A stretch of 64,000 nt of DNA from an uncultured Gammaproteobacteria bacterium (GTDB lineage: Bacteria > Patescibacteriota > Microgenomatia > JALYQM01): contig CAZHTP010000004.1 of assembly GCA_964535655.1 (NCBI GenBank), positions 139,108-203,107 of the forward strand. The letters are read 5' to 3'. The position numbers were made by a program, and so were the translations under genes. The notes beneath the pieces are model-generated. The model searched no databases. It was not told the origin of the DNA and saw only the letters and a program-made list of their open reading frames with translations. Numbering within the stretch: position 1 is the first letter of the stretch; each line of letters opens with the position of its first letter. Below are positions 10,483-20,350 of this stretch, piece after piece.

Positions 10483-11467
10483 CAGTATGCTTATTCACGA
10501 TGCTATTTACGGAGACTTTGATATTACTGAGCCAGTGTTGCTTGAGCTTCTTGAAGATCCAACTGTTAAGCGAGCTGCTACGGTGATGCAGAGTGCTACC
10601 ACTGCACCGATTAATGGTTTTGAGGATTTCTCACGACTTGAACATTGTATTGGTGTAATGTTATTAATCCGATCTTTGGGAGGATTATTAGCCGAGCAAA
10701 TAGCTGGTCTTTTGCATGATATTTCTCATACTGCTTTTTCTCACGTAGTAGATGTTGTTTATAAAAAGAGCTTGTCCCAGAATTATCATGAGGAAATTAA
10801 GGAAGATTTGATATTAAAGTCCGGCATACCTCGTATCTTAGAGAAATATGGTTTTAAGACCGAAGAAATTCTTGATGATTCTAAATACGGATTGCTGGAG
10901 CGTTCTTCTCCTCAGCTTTGTGCCGATCGGCTTGATTACACTTTTCGTAATCTACTTTATTTCAAAGATAATTTGAAAAAAGCTATTTTATATTTTAAGC
11001 ATTTATCTGTATTTGATGGCCAAATTGTTTTTGATAACGTTGATGTTGCGCGAGAATTTGCCGAAGATTATTTAGAATTAGATCAATCATTATGGAGTGA
11101 TCCACGATGTCAGACAGCTTATTTTATTTTAGCCGATGCGTTACGTAAAGCTCTTGATGAGAGGATTCTCGTTGAGTCCGATCTTATGCGTTCTGATAGT
11201 GAACTATGGTCGGTTCTCGTAGCGCAACGTGGGAGTATCTCAGAGCTAATGAATAAGCTTACTCCGGGATTACAAGTCCAACTTGTCGATGAAAACCCTG
11301 AATATCTTATTCATACTAAAACTAGATTCGTTAATCCGCCAGTGTATATCAAAGAATCTTCCGAGTTAGTACGTGTATTTGATATCTTTCCTGAAGTAGC
11401 ATTACGAGTAACAGATCATCAAGTACGGTTTAGTAAGCCATTTGGTGTAAAAGTAATTACCTCTTAA
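10451..11467 (+). CDS. HD-domain phosphohydrolase
   Basis: H...HD motif LLHDISHTAFSH; downstream Asp; start overlaps the NUDIX gene end. Confidence 0.65.
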   Translation: METFIQSLGGNSMLIHDAIYGDFDITEPVLLELLEDPTVKRAATVMQSATTAPINGFEDFSRLEHCIGVMLLIRSLGGLLAEQIAGLLHDISHTAFSHVVDVVYKKSLSQNYHEEIKEDLILKSGIPRILEKYGFKTEEILDDSKYGLLERSSPQLCADRLDYTFRNLLYFKDNLKKAILYFKHLSVFDGQIVFDNVDVAREFAEDYLELDQSLWSDPRCQTAYFILADALRKALDERILVESDLMRSDSELWSVLVAQRGSISELMNKLTPGLQVQLVDENPEYLIHTKTRFVNPPVYIKESSELVRVFDIFPEVALRVTDHQVRFSKPFGVKVITS

Positions 11468-11472
11468 TATTT

Positions 11473-12042
11473 ATGTCTGAACTGCTCTTTAAAGAATTAT
11501 ATAAGAAATCCTTGCGCTTTTTAGGTGTTCGTTGGCGGAGTGAAAAAGAGATTCGAGATAAAGTTAGCGAGTGGATGAAGAAAGATAGCTGGGCTTATGG
11601 TAGAAATGAGATGGAATTGGGTAGTGATGATCAGATTAGAAATGAACTAATTGATCGAGTAGTGGTGCAACTGAAGAAGGATCGATTTTTGGATGACCGT
11701 CGATTTGCCGAAGAATGGGTTTCGAGCCGAATGCGAGTTAAACCTCGGGGAGAAGTTATTTTACGAATGGAGTTAGCTCAAAAAGGAATCGATCGTCATA
11801 TTATAGATGATGTCCTGGAAGAAATGCTACGTACTCGTTCAGGAGAATCTTCGGAGGAGAATGCGCTGCGAAGTATGGCTCTTAAAGTAGGACAAAAGTA
11901 TGTCCGCAAATTGAATAATGATGATGACCGAGCATTTAAATTCAAATTATCGCAGGCTTTGGCACGCAAAGGCTTTGATAGTTCCGTGATAAAGAGTGTC
12001 GTTGACGAGCTTTTAGGGACGAGATACAATACTGAGGACTAG
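11473..12042 (+). CDS. recX: RecX-like regulatory protein (tentative)
   Basis: About 190-aa basic, helical-repeat protein in the recA neighbourhood; pattern ...R.E.EL..KL..KG... resembles RecX repeats; weak. Confidence 0.45.
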   Translation: MSELLFKELYKKSLRFLGVRWRSEKEIRDKVSEWMKKDSWAYGRNEMELGSDDQIRNELIDRVVVQLKKDRFLDDRRFAEEWVSSRMRVKPRGEVILRMELAQKGIDRHIIDDVLEEMLRTRSGESSEENALRSMALKVGQKYVRKLNNDDDRAFKFKLSQALARKGFDSSVIKSVVDELLGTRYNTED

Positions 12043-12237
12043 GAAATTGTGAAATAGTCAATTATTACGTATTACATTAAACTAAAATTTTTAAGGAATC
12101 TCTCGAATTTCGCATGAAGATCTTACTCAAAATGATACAAATGAGCTCAGATTTAGCTTTGTTACCGTTATACTACTCTACCTTGACGTAGAGTCTTCTT
12201 GCATGTTTCGAGTGCCCTCCTTTTATGAAAGGATTAT

Positions 12238-13794
12238 ATGAATACCCAATCCCTGGTATTGCTTATCGGGTTGGTGGGTGTTATTGCCGTACTTGTTTAT
12301 CGTGAGTTACAACGAAAGAAGTCTCCTGAACAACCAGCTGAAATTACCCATCCGGCCAGTACTGTTGCTTTAAATGATCGAGAATTACTCGAATCTAAAC
12401 AGAAAGCTCGAGAAATTGTTCTTGAAGCTAAAGATGAGGCTTACAAGCTGAAGAAGAATGCAGAAGATGAAATTAGACAGGCTCGCAAGGATTTTCTCCA
12501 ATTAGAAACTAGAATTCAACAAAAAGAAGAAGGATTAGATCGTAAACTTACTCAGGTTGAGAATCGTGAAGCATCGTTAATTTCGCGCCAGACTGACCTT
12601 GATAATAAACTGGCAGAAGTAGAAAAAACTAAAGCTGAGACTCTTGCTAAGCTGGAAAGAGCAGCTCAACTTACCCGCGAGGAAGCTAAAGCACTTATTC
12701 TTGAAGCTACAGAGAAAACCTTAAAAGATGAGATTGCTAAAAAAGTCCGTGAGTCTGAACAGGAAGCAAAGCTGCAAGCCGAAGAAAAAGCTCGTGATAT
12801 TGTTGTTACTGCCATGCTTCATGGTGCAACTGATTACGTACCTGAATATACTTCAACTCGAGTTAAGCTAGTGGATGAGGATATGAAGGGAAGAATTATT
12901 GGTAAAGAAGGACGAAATATAAAGGCTTTTGAGATGGCTACGGGTGTCGATGTTGAAATAGATGAAACTCCAGGCGAAATCCTTCTTTCAAGCTTTGATT
13001 CCGTACGTCGAGCGATTGCAAAGAAAGCGCTTGAACGTTTGATGGCAGATGGACGAATACAGCCAATCAAGATTGAAGAGATTGTAGAGAAGACTCGTAA
13101 AGAAGAAGAGAAATTGATGCGTGAAGAAGGTGAAAAGTTATGTGCTGCGGTTGGTGTTTATAATTTACCTATCGACTTGGTAGAAATGCTTGGTCGGTTT
13201 AAACATCGATTTTCCTACGGTCAAAGTATGATTACCCATACTCTTGAGGAGACTAAGATTGGCGTGGCGATTGCTAAAGAGGTCGGTGCCGATGTGGATA
13301 TTGTAAAACTGGCGTGCTTGTTTCATGATATTGGAAAAATTATTCAGGATGAAGAAGGAACTCATATTGAGCTTGGTGTTAAATTGTTGAAGCAATATAA
13401 ATTTCCTGAGAAAGTTATACGCGCAGTAGCTGAACATCATGAAGATGAGCCATTTTCAAGTGCTGAATCAATGATTGTGTATATCGCTGATGCTATTTCT
13501 GGGTCACGTCCTGGGGCCCGTCATGAGAGCGTTCAAGAGTATATTGATCGCTTGCGTACAGAAGAAGATACCGTTTGGGAAATTGGTGGTCGAGATAAAG
13601 TTGATCGTGTCTTTGCTGTTCAGGCAGGTCGCGAGTTACGTGTTCTGGTAAAATCTTCCCATGTAGACGATGCTGAGGCAGTGATGCTTTCAAAGAAAAT
13701 TGCTAAGGAGCTTGAGTCTCGTTTGAAGAATTTCCCTGGGCAAATTAAAGTAACCGTCATTCGTGAAACAAGATCAGTTGCGACAGCTCGTTAA
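12238..13794 (+). CDS. rny: ribonuclease Y
   Basis: N-terminal TM helix; long coiled-coil; KH motif IIGKEGRNIK; HD domain (LFHDIGK ... AEHHED). Confidence 0.9.
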   Translation: MNTQSLVLLIGLVGVIAVLVYRELQRKKSPEQPAEITHPASTVALNDRELLESKQKAREIVLEAKDEAYKLKKNAEDEIRQARKDFLQLETRIQQKEEGLDRKLTQVENREASLISRQTDLDNKLAEVEKTKAETLAKLERAAQLTREEAKALILEATEKTLKDEIAKKVRESEQEAKLQAEEKARDIVVTAMLHGATDYVPEYTSTRVKLVDEDMKGRIIGKEGRNIKAFEMATGVDVEIDETPGEILLSSFDSVRRAIAKKALERLMADGRIQPIKIEEIVEKTRKEEEKLMREEGEKLCAAVGVYNLPIDLVEMLGRFKHRFSYGQSMITHTLEETKIGVAIAKEVGADVDIVKLACLFHDIGKIIQDEEGTHIELGVKLLKQYKFPEKVIRAVAEHHEDEPFSSAESMIVYIADAISGSRPGARHESVQEYIDRLRTEEDTVWEIGGRDKVDRVFAVQAGRELRVLVKSSHVDDAEAVMLSKKIAKELESRLKNFPGQIKVTVIRETRSVATAR

Positions 13795-13833
13795 CGCTGT
13801 TGCTATTGCCTTCTATTACTGTATTATAGAGGT

Positions 13834-14451
13834 ATGGTCTTGAAGCGTGAGCGAGGATTTTCTCTAATTGAATTGCTCATTGTGATTACTTTGATGTCGA
13901 TTATTTTCGGTGTAACGGTGCCATTTTACCGTCGTTACGTAGCCCAAACCGCATTGCGAAATGTATCACAAGATTTATATCTAAAGCTTGTTACTGCCCA
14001 TAATAATGCAATAAATGGAGTTTTGCCAAAAACCGCATCGGCTGCTAATCAGCGATATTGGTGGGTGGTTACTATGGTTAATGCTTCAGGATTATGGCAA
14101 TATGAAACAGGCGCCTGCCCACTGCAATCCATCCCTCCCGCTACACAAGCTCAATATGATAACCAGTTTTCTTTTTCTTTTTGTAATACTGAAGAATATA
14201 AGCTTTTTAAATTTCCAACGAGTTTTGCGGTAAGCCATCAGTATAGTGCTTCAAATTCAGCCATAGCAATTTATTTTGAGCCTATAAGTGGGCAAGTTAG
14301 AGTGTATGATGTCTCGGGGGCTCGCCTGGATGATCCGACAGACATGACTTCAAATGTGATTGATATTGTTGTCAGTTCTGTAGATTATCCACAATTGCAG
14401 GTTCGCTTTCATGTAAATAGACAGGGAACGATCTCTCAAGAATCTTCTTAA
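13834..14451 (+). CDS. type IV pilin/pseudopilin-like protein (prepilin N-terminal cleavage/methylation domain)
   Basis: N-terminus KRERGFSLIELLIVITLMSII is a class III signal (G|FSLIELL..). Confidence 0.75.
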   Translation: MVLKRERGFSLIELLIVITLMSIIFGVTVPFYRRYVAQTALRNVSQDLYLKLVTAHNNAINGVLPKTASAANQRYWWVVTMVNASGLWQYETGACPLQSIPPATQAQYDNQFSFSFCNTEEYKLFKFPTSFAVSHQYSASNSAIAIYFEPISGQVRVYDVSGARLDDPTDMTSNVIDIVVSSVDYPQLQVRFHVNRQGTISQESS

Positions 14452-14453
14452 CA

Positions 14454-16592
14454 TTACCATGTAATATCGTCTTGCAAAGAGTCTAGCTGATCGGCATAAA
14501 ACTGAATTTTGCTCTTGTAGTTGCCGCCACCAATTGCTCCTGACCTTCTGCCTGTTTGAGAGTACGCATTTTCAAACTTTATTAGTGCTTCAGGAATATC
14601 AGCGATAAAACGAGATACGACAGAGGTCTGATGAGAGCCGTATATCGTTCGATTTATTGTGTAGGTTAAGTATAAATCTTGCATTGCGCGAGTTATTCCA
14701 ACGTAGGCTAAGCGTCGTTCTTCTTCGAGTTCATTGTTGTCAAGCAGTGCACGAGAATGTGGAAAGAGTCCTTCTTCCCAGCCAACAATGAAAACATGTT
14801 TAAACTCAAGGCCTTTGGCGGCGTGTAATGTCATTAAGGTGACGGCGTTATATTCGGTTTCAGCCCTATGGCGTCCAGATATCGTTTCAGGGCCTTCAAG
14901 TAGGGAAATATTCTCAAGAAACTGATCTATGTTGGGATACTGAGCAGCGACTGTTTTTAATTCCTTAATGTTTTCAACTCGTTGCGTTCCCATTTCAGTA
15001 CCATCGTCAATGTATTCAATATAATCTGTGAGATCGACAATTTTTTCGAGCAATTCGAGTGTTGTATGGAGTCCTTCGGTTGTCGGAAGGGCAAATGATG
15101 TATCCGGGTTGAACGGTTCGTTGGGTGTTATTTCAGCTACTGGCTGGTCCTCGGCAAATGAAAATTTAAGCGTTTGCGGTTCGTTTTTTTTCTTGCTTTT
15201 TTTAGCCTCAGGCTCTAATTGCTTAATTCTTTGCACTGTTTCGTGATATTGTGCTTGGAATTCTAGAAATTTTTTTAGCTTGGTTTTTCCGATTTTGGTC
15301 ATTCTTTCGAGTGAAACATTGTCTTTAGGGTTGCGAAGATATCTTAAATAGGCAAGTAAATCTTTAATTTCTTTGCGATCATAAAAGCGCAAACCGCCGA
15401 TTAATTTATACGGAATGCTGTTTTTTATGAATGATTCTTCAAGAGAGCGGGATTGTGCGTTAGTGCGATAAAGGACGGCAACATCTTTATAGAGAAATTC
15501 GTTGTTAACAATTTGTTTTATTACATAATAGGATTCATCAATTTCGTTTTGAGCTTCATAAATGGTAATTGGTAGACCGGAAGGGTTTTTAGTAAAAAGT
15601 TTGAGTACTTTATGCCCAGTATTTTTACTAATTACAGCCGTGGCAGTGTCTAAAATATATTGAGTTGACCGATAGTTTTCTTCGAGCGAAAAAACTCTAG
15701 CAAGTGGATAATCTTTTTCGAATGCGATAATATTTCGGATATCTGCACCTCTAAATTTGTAGATTGACTGACTCATATCCCCCACAACACAGAGGTTTTG
15801 GTATTTTTTTGCGAGGAGTCTGGTAATCGTGTATTGAACATGATTAGTATCCTGGTATTCGTCGACCATTATATATTTAAAGAGTTCATGATATTTATCT
15901 AAAACAGAAGGAACCTGGCGAAATAATTCGATGCTTTGTGTCAGTAAATCGTCAAAGTCTAGCGCATCGATTTCGCGTAAGCGTTTTTCGTATGATTCAA
16001 ATACTTGAGCTACTACTTGTTGGTAGGGGCCTTTTGCCACTTGGGAATATTCACGGGCAGAAATATTTTCATTTTTACTTTGGGAAATAATGGAATGGAT
16101 GGCCGATGGATTAACTTTTTTAACATCGATATCCATTTCTTTAAGAATATTTCTAATTAATGTTTTTTGATCATCGGAGTCGTAGATAAGATAGTTAGGG
16201 GAAAGCCCAATATGACGGCCTTCAATGCGCAGTAGACGCGAGCAGAAAGAATGAAATGTCCCCATAAAAGGGAGGGTATATTTATTGACTTGAATATTTG
16301 ATCCTTCTTCACCTTCTAGCTGGGTCAATAACTTCCTAACGCGTTCTTTCATTTCTCCGGCAGCTTTATTGGTAAAAGTTACCATTAAAATATTATTTCC
16401 TGGGATTTTTTTTTCTGTCATTAAATATACCGTTCGATAAGTGAGGACGCGGGTTTTTCCTGAGCCAGCTCCAGCAAGAATTAATACTGGCCCGTCGGTT
16501 TGGGCTACGGCTTGTTGTTGCACGAGATTGAGATCAGAGAGGATCGATTTGGACATGGTATCATTAATACACTTGAGGATAAGATGAGTCAA
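14454..16592 (-). CDS. uvrD: ATP-dependent DNA helicase, UvrD/PcrA/Rep family (SF1)
   Basis: Walker A AGAGSGKTRVL; motifs II (VDEYQDTN), III, V, VI (VGITRA); about 710 aa. Confidence 0.9.
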   Translation of the reverse strand: MTHLILKCINDTMSKSILSDLNLVQQQAVAQTDGPVLILAGAGSGKTRVLTYRTVYLMTEKKIPGNNILMVTFTNKAAGEMKERVRKLLTQLEGEEGSNIQVNKYTLPFMGTFHSFCSRLLRIEGRHIGLSPNYLIYDSDDQKTLIRNILKEMDIDVKKVNPSAIHSIISQSKNENISAREYSQVAKGPYQQVVAQVFESYEKRLREIDALDFDDLLTQSIELFRQVPSVLDKYHELFKYIMVDEYQDTNHVQYTITRLLAKKYQNLCVVGDMSQSIYKFRGADIRNIIAFEKDYPLARVFSLEENYRSTQYILDTATAVISKNTGHKVLKLFTKNPSGLPITIYEAQNEIDESYYVIKQIVNNEFLYKDVAVLYRTNAQSRSLEESFIKNSIPYKLIGGLRFYDRKEIKDLLAYLRYLRNPKDNVSLERMTKIGKTKLKKFLEFQAQYHETVQRIKQLEPEAKKSKKKNEPQTLKFSFAEDQPVAEITPNEPFNPDTSFALPTTEGLHTTLELLEKIVDLTDYIEYIDDGTEMGTQRVENIKELKTVAAQYPNIDQFLENISLLEGPETISGRHRAETEYNAVTLMTLHAAKGLEFKHVFIVGWEEGLFPHSRALLDNNELEEERRLAYVGITRAMQDLYLTYTINRTIYGSHQTSVVSRFIADIPEALIKFENAYSQTGRRSGAIGGGNYKSKIQFYADQLDSLQDDITW

Positions 16593-16643
16593 GGATTACT
16601 GGTGTGTGGACACAATGATCGATATTTGTAATATAATCGGAGT

Positions 16644-17120
16644 ATGGAATCATCTGACCTGGAAGTTAATAAAGGAAATGATGTAGAGCAATTGCTTAGC
16701 GAGGTTAAAATGGCGGCACCAATCCAGAAAGAATATAAACTAAAACAAGGGGAAATAAGATTTATAACTATCCAATTACCACATGATTGTATTATAGCCG
16801 GCACAATAAGAAGGCAACATCCTTCGGAAATTAGAATAGATACATTCAGTGTTCACCCTAAATTACGACAAAACAAAATAGGAGTACGTTTAATGCAGAC
16901 AATGAGTAAGTTGGCAGTAGAAAACGGTATAACAGAATTGTCGGGAGTTATAACAAGTCGAGAAGCACTTATGGTTCGAGCAAAGGTGTTTGGGGAGAAC
17001 AACCTAGCTTTCTATGACACAGACTTTAATGGGAATCGTATTAAGTTAGATACGGATTATCGGAGTATTTTGGAGCAGACAGAGGGGGGGGCAGCATATC
17101 AGTGTTTTTGGTATTTCTGA
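16644..17120 (+). CDS. GNAT-like acetyltransferase (tentative)
   Basis: Motif-A-like LRQNKIGVRLMQ; weak; contains a G8 homopolymer near the 3' end. Confidence 0.3.
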   Translation: MESSDLEVNKGNDVEQLLSEVKMAAPIQKEYKLKQGEIRFITIQLPHDCIIAGTIRRQHPSEIRIDTFSVHPKLRQNKIGVRLMQTMSKLAVENGITELSGVITSREALMVRAKVFGENNLAFYDTDFNGNRIKLDTDYRSILEQTEGGAAYQCFWYF

Positions 17121-17268
17121 TTTGACCAAGGTAGATACTAGGGATTGGGAAATGCCTCTTAGCGAACCCTAAATCAGAAAACAAATATAACTGAGCTTAG
17201 TACTTGTCTTTAATGTTATAATTATTTGGTGTTTATTAGTTTATTAAGCGTAACCCAAAGGGGGATGT

Positions 17269-17532
17269 ATGGTTAAATTACTCGATTTCTATGCTGACTG
17301 GTGTGGACCATGTAAAATGATGGACCCAATACTCACTGAGCTTGAAAAAGAATGGAAGGATACGGTAGTTATTGAAAAAATTAATGTAGATGCACAAACA
17401 GACATTGCAAGTCAATATGGGGTTATGAGTATACCCACCTATGTGGTTGTAAAAAACGATGCAGAAGTTGGACGCATTGTTGGATATAAGCCAAAGGCAG
17501 ATTTTAAGAAACAGATTGAAAGCTATATATAA
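17269..17532 (+). CDS. trxA: thioredoxin
   Basis: WCGPCK active site; 87 aa. Confidence 0.9.
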   Translation: MVKLLDFYADWCGPCKMMDPILTELEKEWKDTVVIEKINVDAQTDIASQYGVMSIPTYVVVKNDAEVGRIVGYKPKADFKKQIESYI

Positions 17533-17533
17533 T

Positions 17534-18193
17534 ATGAAAAAGCTAGTTATCGCTAATTGGAAATGTTTTAAAACTATTGAAGAGGGTTTGCAGTGGATTA
17601 ACGCGGTTGGTTTGGTGATGCCTCAACTTGAAAATATTGATGTTGTTGTGTGCCCGTCTTTTATTGCTCTTGATGCGGTCTCTCGTTTGGTAAAAGAAAA
17701 AGGATATGCCTTAAAAGTTGGATCGCAAACACTCTCGTCTATCGAACAAGGAGCATTTACCGGTGAAGTGAGTGCAAAAATGCTTTCAGGTATAGCTGAC
17801 TTTGCTTTGGTTGGACATTCAGAACGTCGAAGTAATTTTGGCGAAACAAATGCCGATATGGAGAAGAAATTAGCTCTCGCAAAACAACACCGCATTGAGC
17901 CACTTCTGTTAGTTAGAAGTGAAGAAGATACGATTCCTAGAGGAACTACCTATTTTGCCTGGGAACCAGTAAAAGCAATTGGAAGCGGTAGTTCGATTGA
18001 TGCTAAAACAGCTGATGATATGGTTGTACATCTTGCCAAGGGGCGCCAGGGTCTGTATGGTATGTATGGCGGTAGTGTAACTCCCGATAACGTTAATACA
18101 TACATACAATCTTCACATCTTTATGGTGTGGTGGTTGGATCCGCATCGCTTGATTCAAGTAAGTTTTTGGAGATGCTTAATGCGCTACGTTAA
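17534..18193 (+). CDS. tpiA: triosephosphate isomerase
   Basis: ANWK start motif; active-site VGHSERR; the track ORF begins at 17459 overlapping trxA, so the ATG at 17534 (MKKLVIANWK) is preferred. C-terminal region is atypical (short). Confidence 0.8.
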   Translation: MKKLVIANWKCFKTIEEGLQWINAVGLVMPQLENIDVVVCPSFIALDAVSRLVKEKGYALKVGSQTLSSIEQGAFTGEVSAKMLSGIADFALVGHSERRSNFGETNADMEKKLALAKQHRIEPLLLVRSEEDTIPRGTTYFAWEPVKAIGSGSSIDAKTADDMVVHLAKGRQGLYGMYGGSVTPDNVNTYIQSSHLYGVVVGSASLDSSKFLEMLNALR

Positions 18194-19439
18194 TTTTGAT
18201 GATGCCTCGCAGAAAAAAGAGCAAACTAATCCTCGTGTCGCTGTGGGCGTTATCCGGTTTAATTGGGCACTCGTTGTGGGGGGGGGAATTGCTTTTTTTG
18301 TGGTACTTATGGGGTATTATGCGTGGTCTTTTTTATCTGGCTTAAAAGTAAAGGGCGAAGATTTACTTAAAGCGCCTAACGCAATCGTTACGTATGTTGC
18401 AAATAAAGATCCTCAAGTAAAGAATACTGACGGACGCGCTAATATTGCTTTGCTGGGGATTGGAGGAAAGGGCCATGATGGTCCGTATTTATCTGACACA
18501 ATGATTGTTGCTAGTATCGATATTAAAACAGGGAAGGCTGTTTTAATATCTTTGCCACGCGATATTTGGGTATCAGGGACTCGTTCTAAGCTGAACGCTG
18601 TTTATGCGTACGGATTTGAAAAAGGCGATAAAAAAGGATTGGTTCAAGCCAAAGATGAGTACGGAAAAATTGTTGGTTTACCAATTCACTATGCTGTCCG
18701 CATTGATTTTGGTGGTTTCGAGAAAGCAATTGATCTTTTAGGCGGTATTGATGTTACTGTTGACACCGCTTTTTCGGATCCCGAATATCCAATTGAAGGT
18801 CGGGAAAATGATTTATGCGGAAATAAGGAAGTTGAAGTTACACAAGCTACTGATGGGGGAGAAATAAAAACTAAAAAGTTAGTAGATGCGAATGGAAATG
18901 ATATTCCTGATTCAGTAAATCCTTACGCTTGTCGATATGAGCGGTTGTCATTTAAAAAGGGTGAGACTCAGCTTGATGGCAAAACTGCATTGAAATTTGT
19001 TCGATCACGCCATGGAACTAATAATGAAGGCAGTGATTTCGCCCGGTCACGTCGGCAGGAAAAAGTCATCACTGCCGTAAAAGAAAAAGTATTTTCATCA
19101 GAAACATTACTTAATCCTGGAAAGGTCAGTTCATTGCTTAACACCTTTGGAGAAAGTATTGAAATGGATATTGATCCAGGTGAATATGGTGAATTCTTTA
19201 AGTTATTTCAAAGAACAAAAGATTCTAAACTGGAGTCGCATGGAGTTTCTGCGGAAGGTGCGGATGCTTTACTAAAAGTAGGAGATCCGTTACTGTATGG
19301 AGGTGCGTATGTGCTTGCTCCTGTTGTCGGGAAAGATAATTGGAGCGCTGTTCAGATACAAGTAAAGCAATGGATTGAAGATAGTGTTCATCCGCCATCT
19401 CCTACACCTGAAGCTACAAAGTCTGCTCAATTAAAGTAA
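18123..19439 (+). CDS. LytR-CpsA-Psr (LCP) family cell-envelope polymer transferase
   Basis: N-terminal TM; LCP core (ALLGIGGK..LSDTMIVASID, R-rich FVRSRHG..GSDFAR). The start may be the ATG at 18180; contains a G9 homopolymer at 18278-18286. Confidence 0.8.
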   Translation: MVWWLDPHRLIQVSFWRCLMRYVNFDDASQKKEQTNPRVAVGVIRFNWALVVGGGIAFFVVLMGYYAWSFLSGLKVKGEDLLKAPNAIVTYVANKDPQVKNTDGRANIALLGIGGKGHDGPYLSDTMIVASIDIKTGKAVLISLPRDIWVSGTRSKLNAVYAYGFEKGDKKGLVQAKDEYGKIVGLPIHYAVRIDFGGFEKAIDLLGGIDVTVDTAFSDPEYPIEGRENDLCGNKEVEVTQATDGGEIKTKKLVDANGNDIPDSVNPYACRYERLSFKKGETQLDGKTALKFVRSRHGTNNEGSDFARSRRQEKVITAVKEKVFSSETLLNPGKVSSLLNTFGESIEMDIDPGEYGEFFKLFQRTKDSKLESHGVSAEGADALLKVGDPLLYGGAYVLAPVVGKDNWSAVQIQVKQWIEDSVHPPSPTPEATKSAQLK

Positions 19440-19496
19440 TAGCGGTTATGCGATTGTTTACTAACACGGAGAGATGATTTAGACTTATTTTCAGAA

Positions 19497-20159
19497 GTGA
19501 TTTATTTAATTCATGGTAATGATGTTGTTTCTAGTCGTAAGAAGTTAGCTGAGATTCGCTGCGGATACGAGCCAGCTTCGATTTCGGCTTTGAGTGCAAA
19601 GGAGATTGATTATTCTCAATTCCCTTTGCTTTTTTCGAACATGTCGATGTTTGATGAGAAACGGCTCGTGATGGTTGAGGAGCGGCCAGATCAAAAGCAA
19701 ATAGATTTTGTTTCCATCGCACGTTCAGATGTTGATTTAGTGATATGGATTGGAGGCGTTCTTCGGTCAAACGATGCACTTATAGGTGCTATAATCAAAG
19801 CTCAAGGCCAGATATCTTTGTTTGAAGAAAAACCAGATTTAAGTGTTTTTCCTTTTCTTGATGCAGTGGCAAGTAGGAGAAGATCACTTGCTTTGCGGGA
19901 ATATCTTAAGCTTCGAGCAGAGGGGAATGATCCGATTTATTTCACAACTATGCTCGTATGGCAGTTTAGGCAAATACTTATACCTGAGTTGGCCAGTGGT
20001 TTTGTGAAGAAGAAGGTGGATGGATTTACTGCACACTTTTCGTTTGATGAACTGCGTTGTATTTATTATCTTTTATTACAGATGGATGTTCAATTGAAGA
20101 CGGGAGAAGGGGTGCCTGAAGTTTTGGTGGAGCAGTTTATTTTTAAAGTTACGAGATAA
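19497..20159 (+). CDS. DNA polymerase III delta subunit-like (HolA-like, short)
   Basis: N-terminus IYLIHGND and general delta-like pattern; short for HolA; weak. Confidence 0.4.
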   Translation: MIYLIHGNDVVSSRKKLAEIRCGYEPASISALSAKEIDYSQFPLLFSNMSMFDEKRLVMVEERPDQKQIDFVSIARSDVDLVIWIGGVLRSNDALIGAIIKAQGQISLFEEKPDLSVFPFLDAVASRRRSLALREYLKLRAEGNDPIYFTTMLVWQFRQILIPELASGFVKKKVDGFTAHFSFDELRCIYYLLLQMDVQLKTGEGVPEVLVEQFIFKVTR

Positions 20160-20350
20160 TTTTTCATGGTCTGTTCGTTGAGTTTTTGCTACTCGGAAAT
20201 TTGAAGTTTAAGTTAATCTATCCTAATGGATATTTGCTCACATGTGCTTTTTAGCTTTATAGTCGTCCAAGGGCAGATGCAAATCATTGATAAATTATAC
20301 TTTTCGTTGTACATTCTACTGGTTATAAATACTAATACTAAGGAGTTACT

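Noticed and set aside
17459-17533. Upstream extension of the tpiA ORF (start at 17459) overlapping trxA
   Set aside because: The extension overlaps the thioredoxin gene in another frame. The canonical TIM N-terminus (MKKLVIANWK) begins at the ATG at 17534, one nucleotide after the trxA stop.
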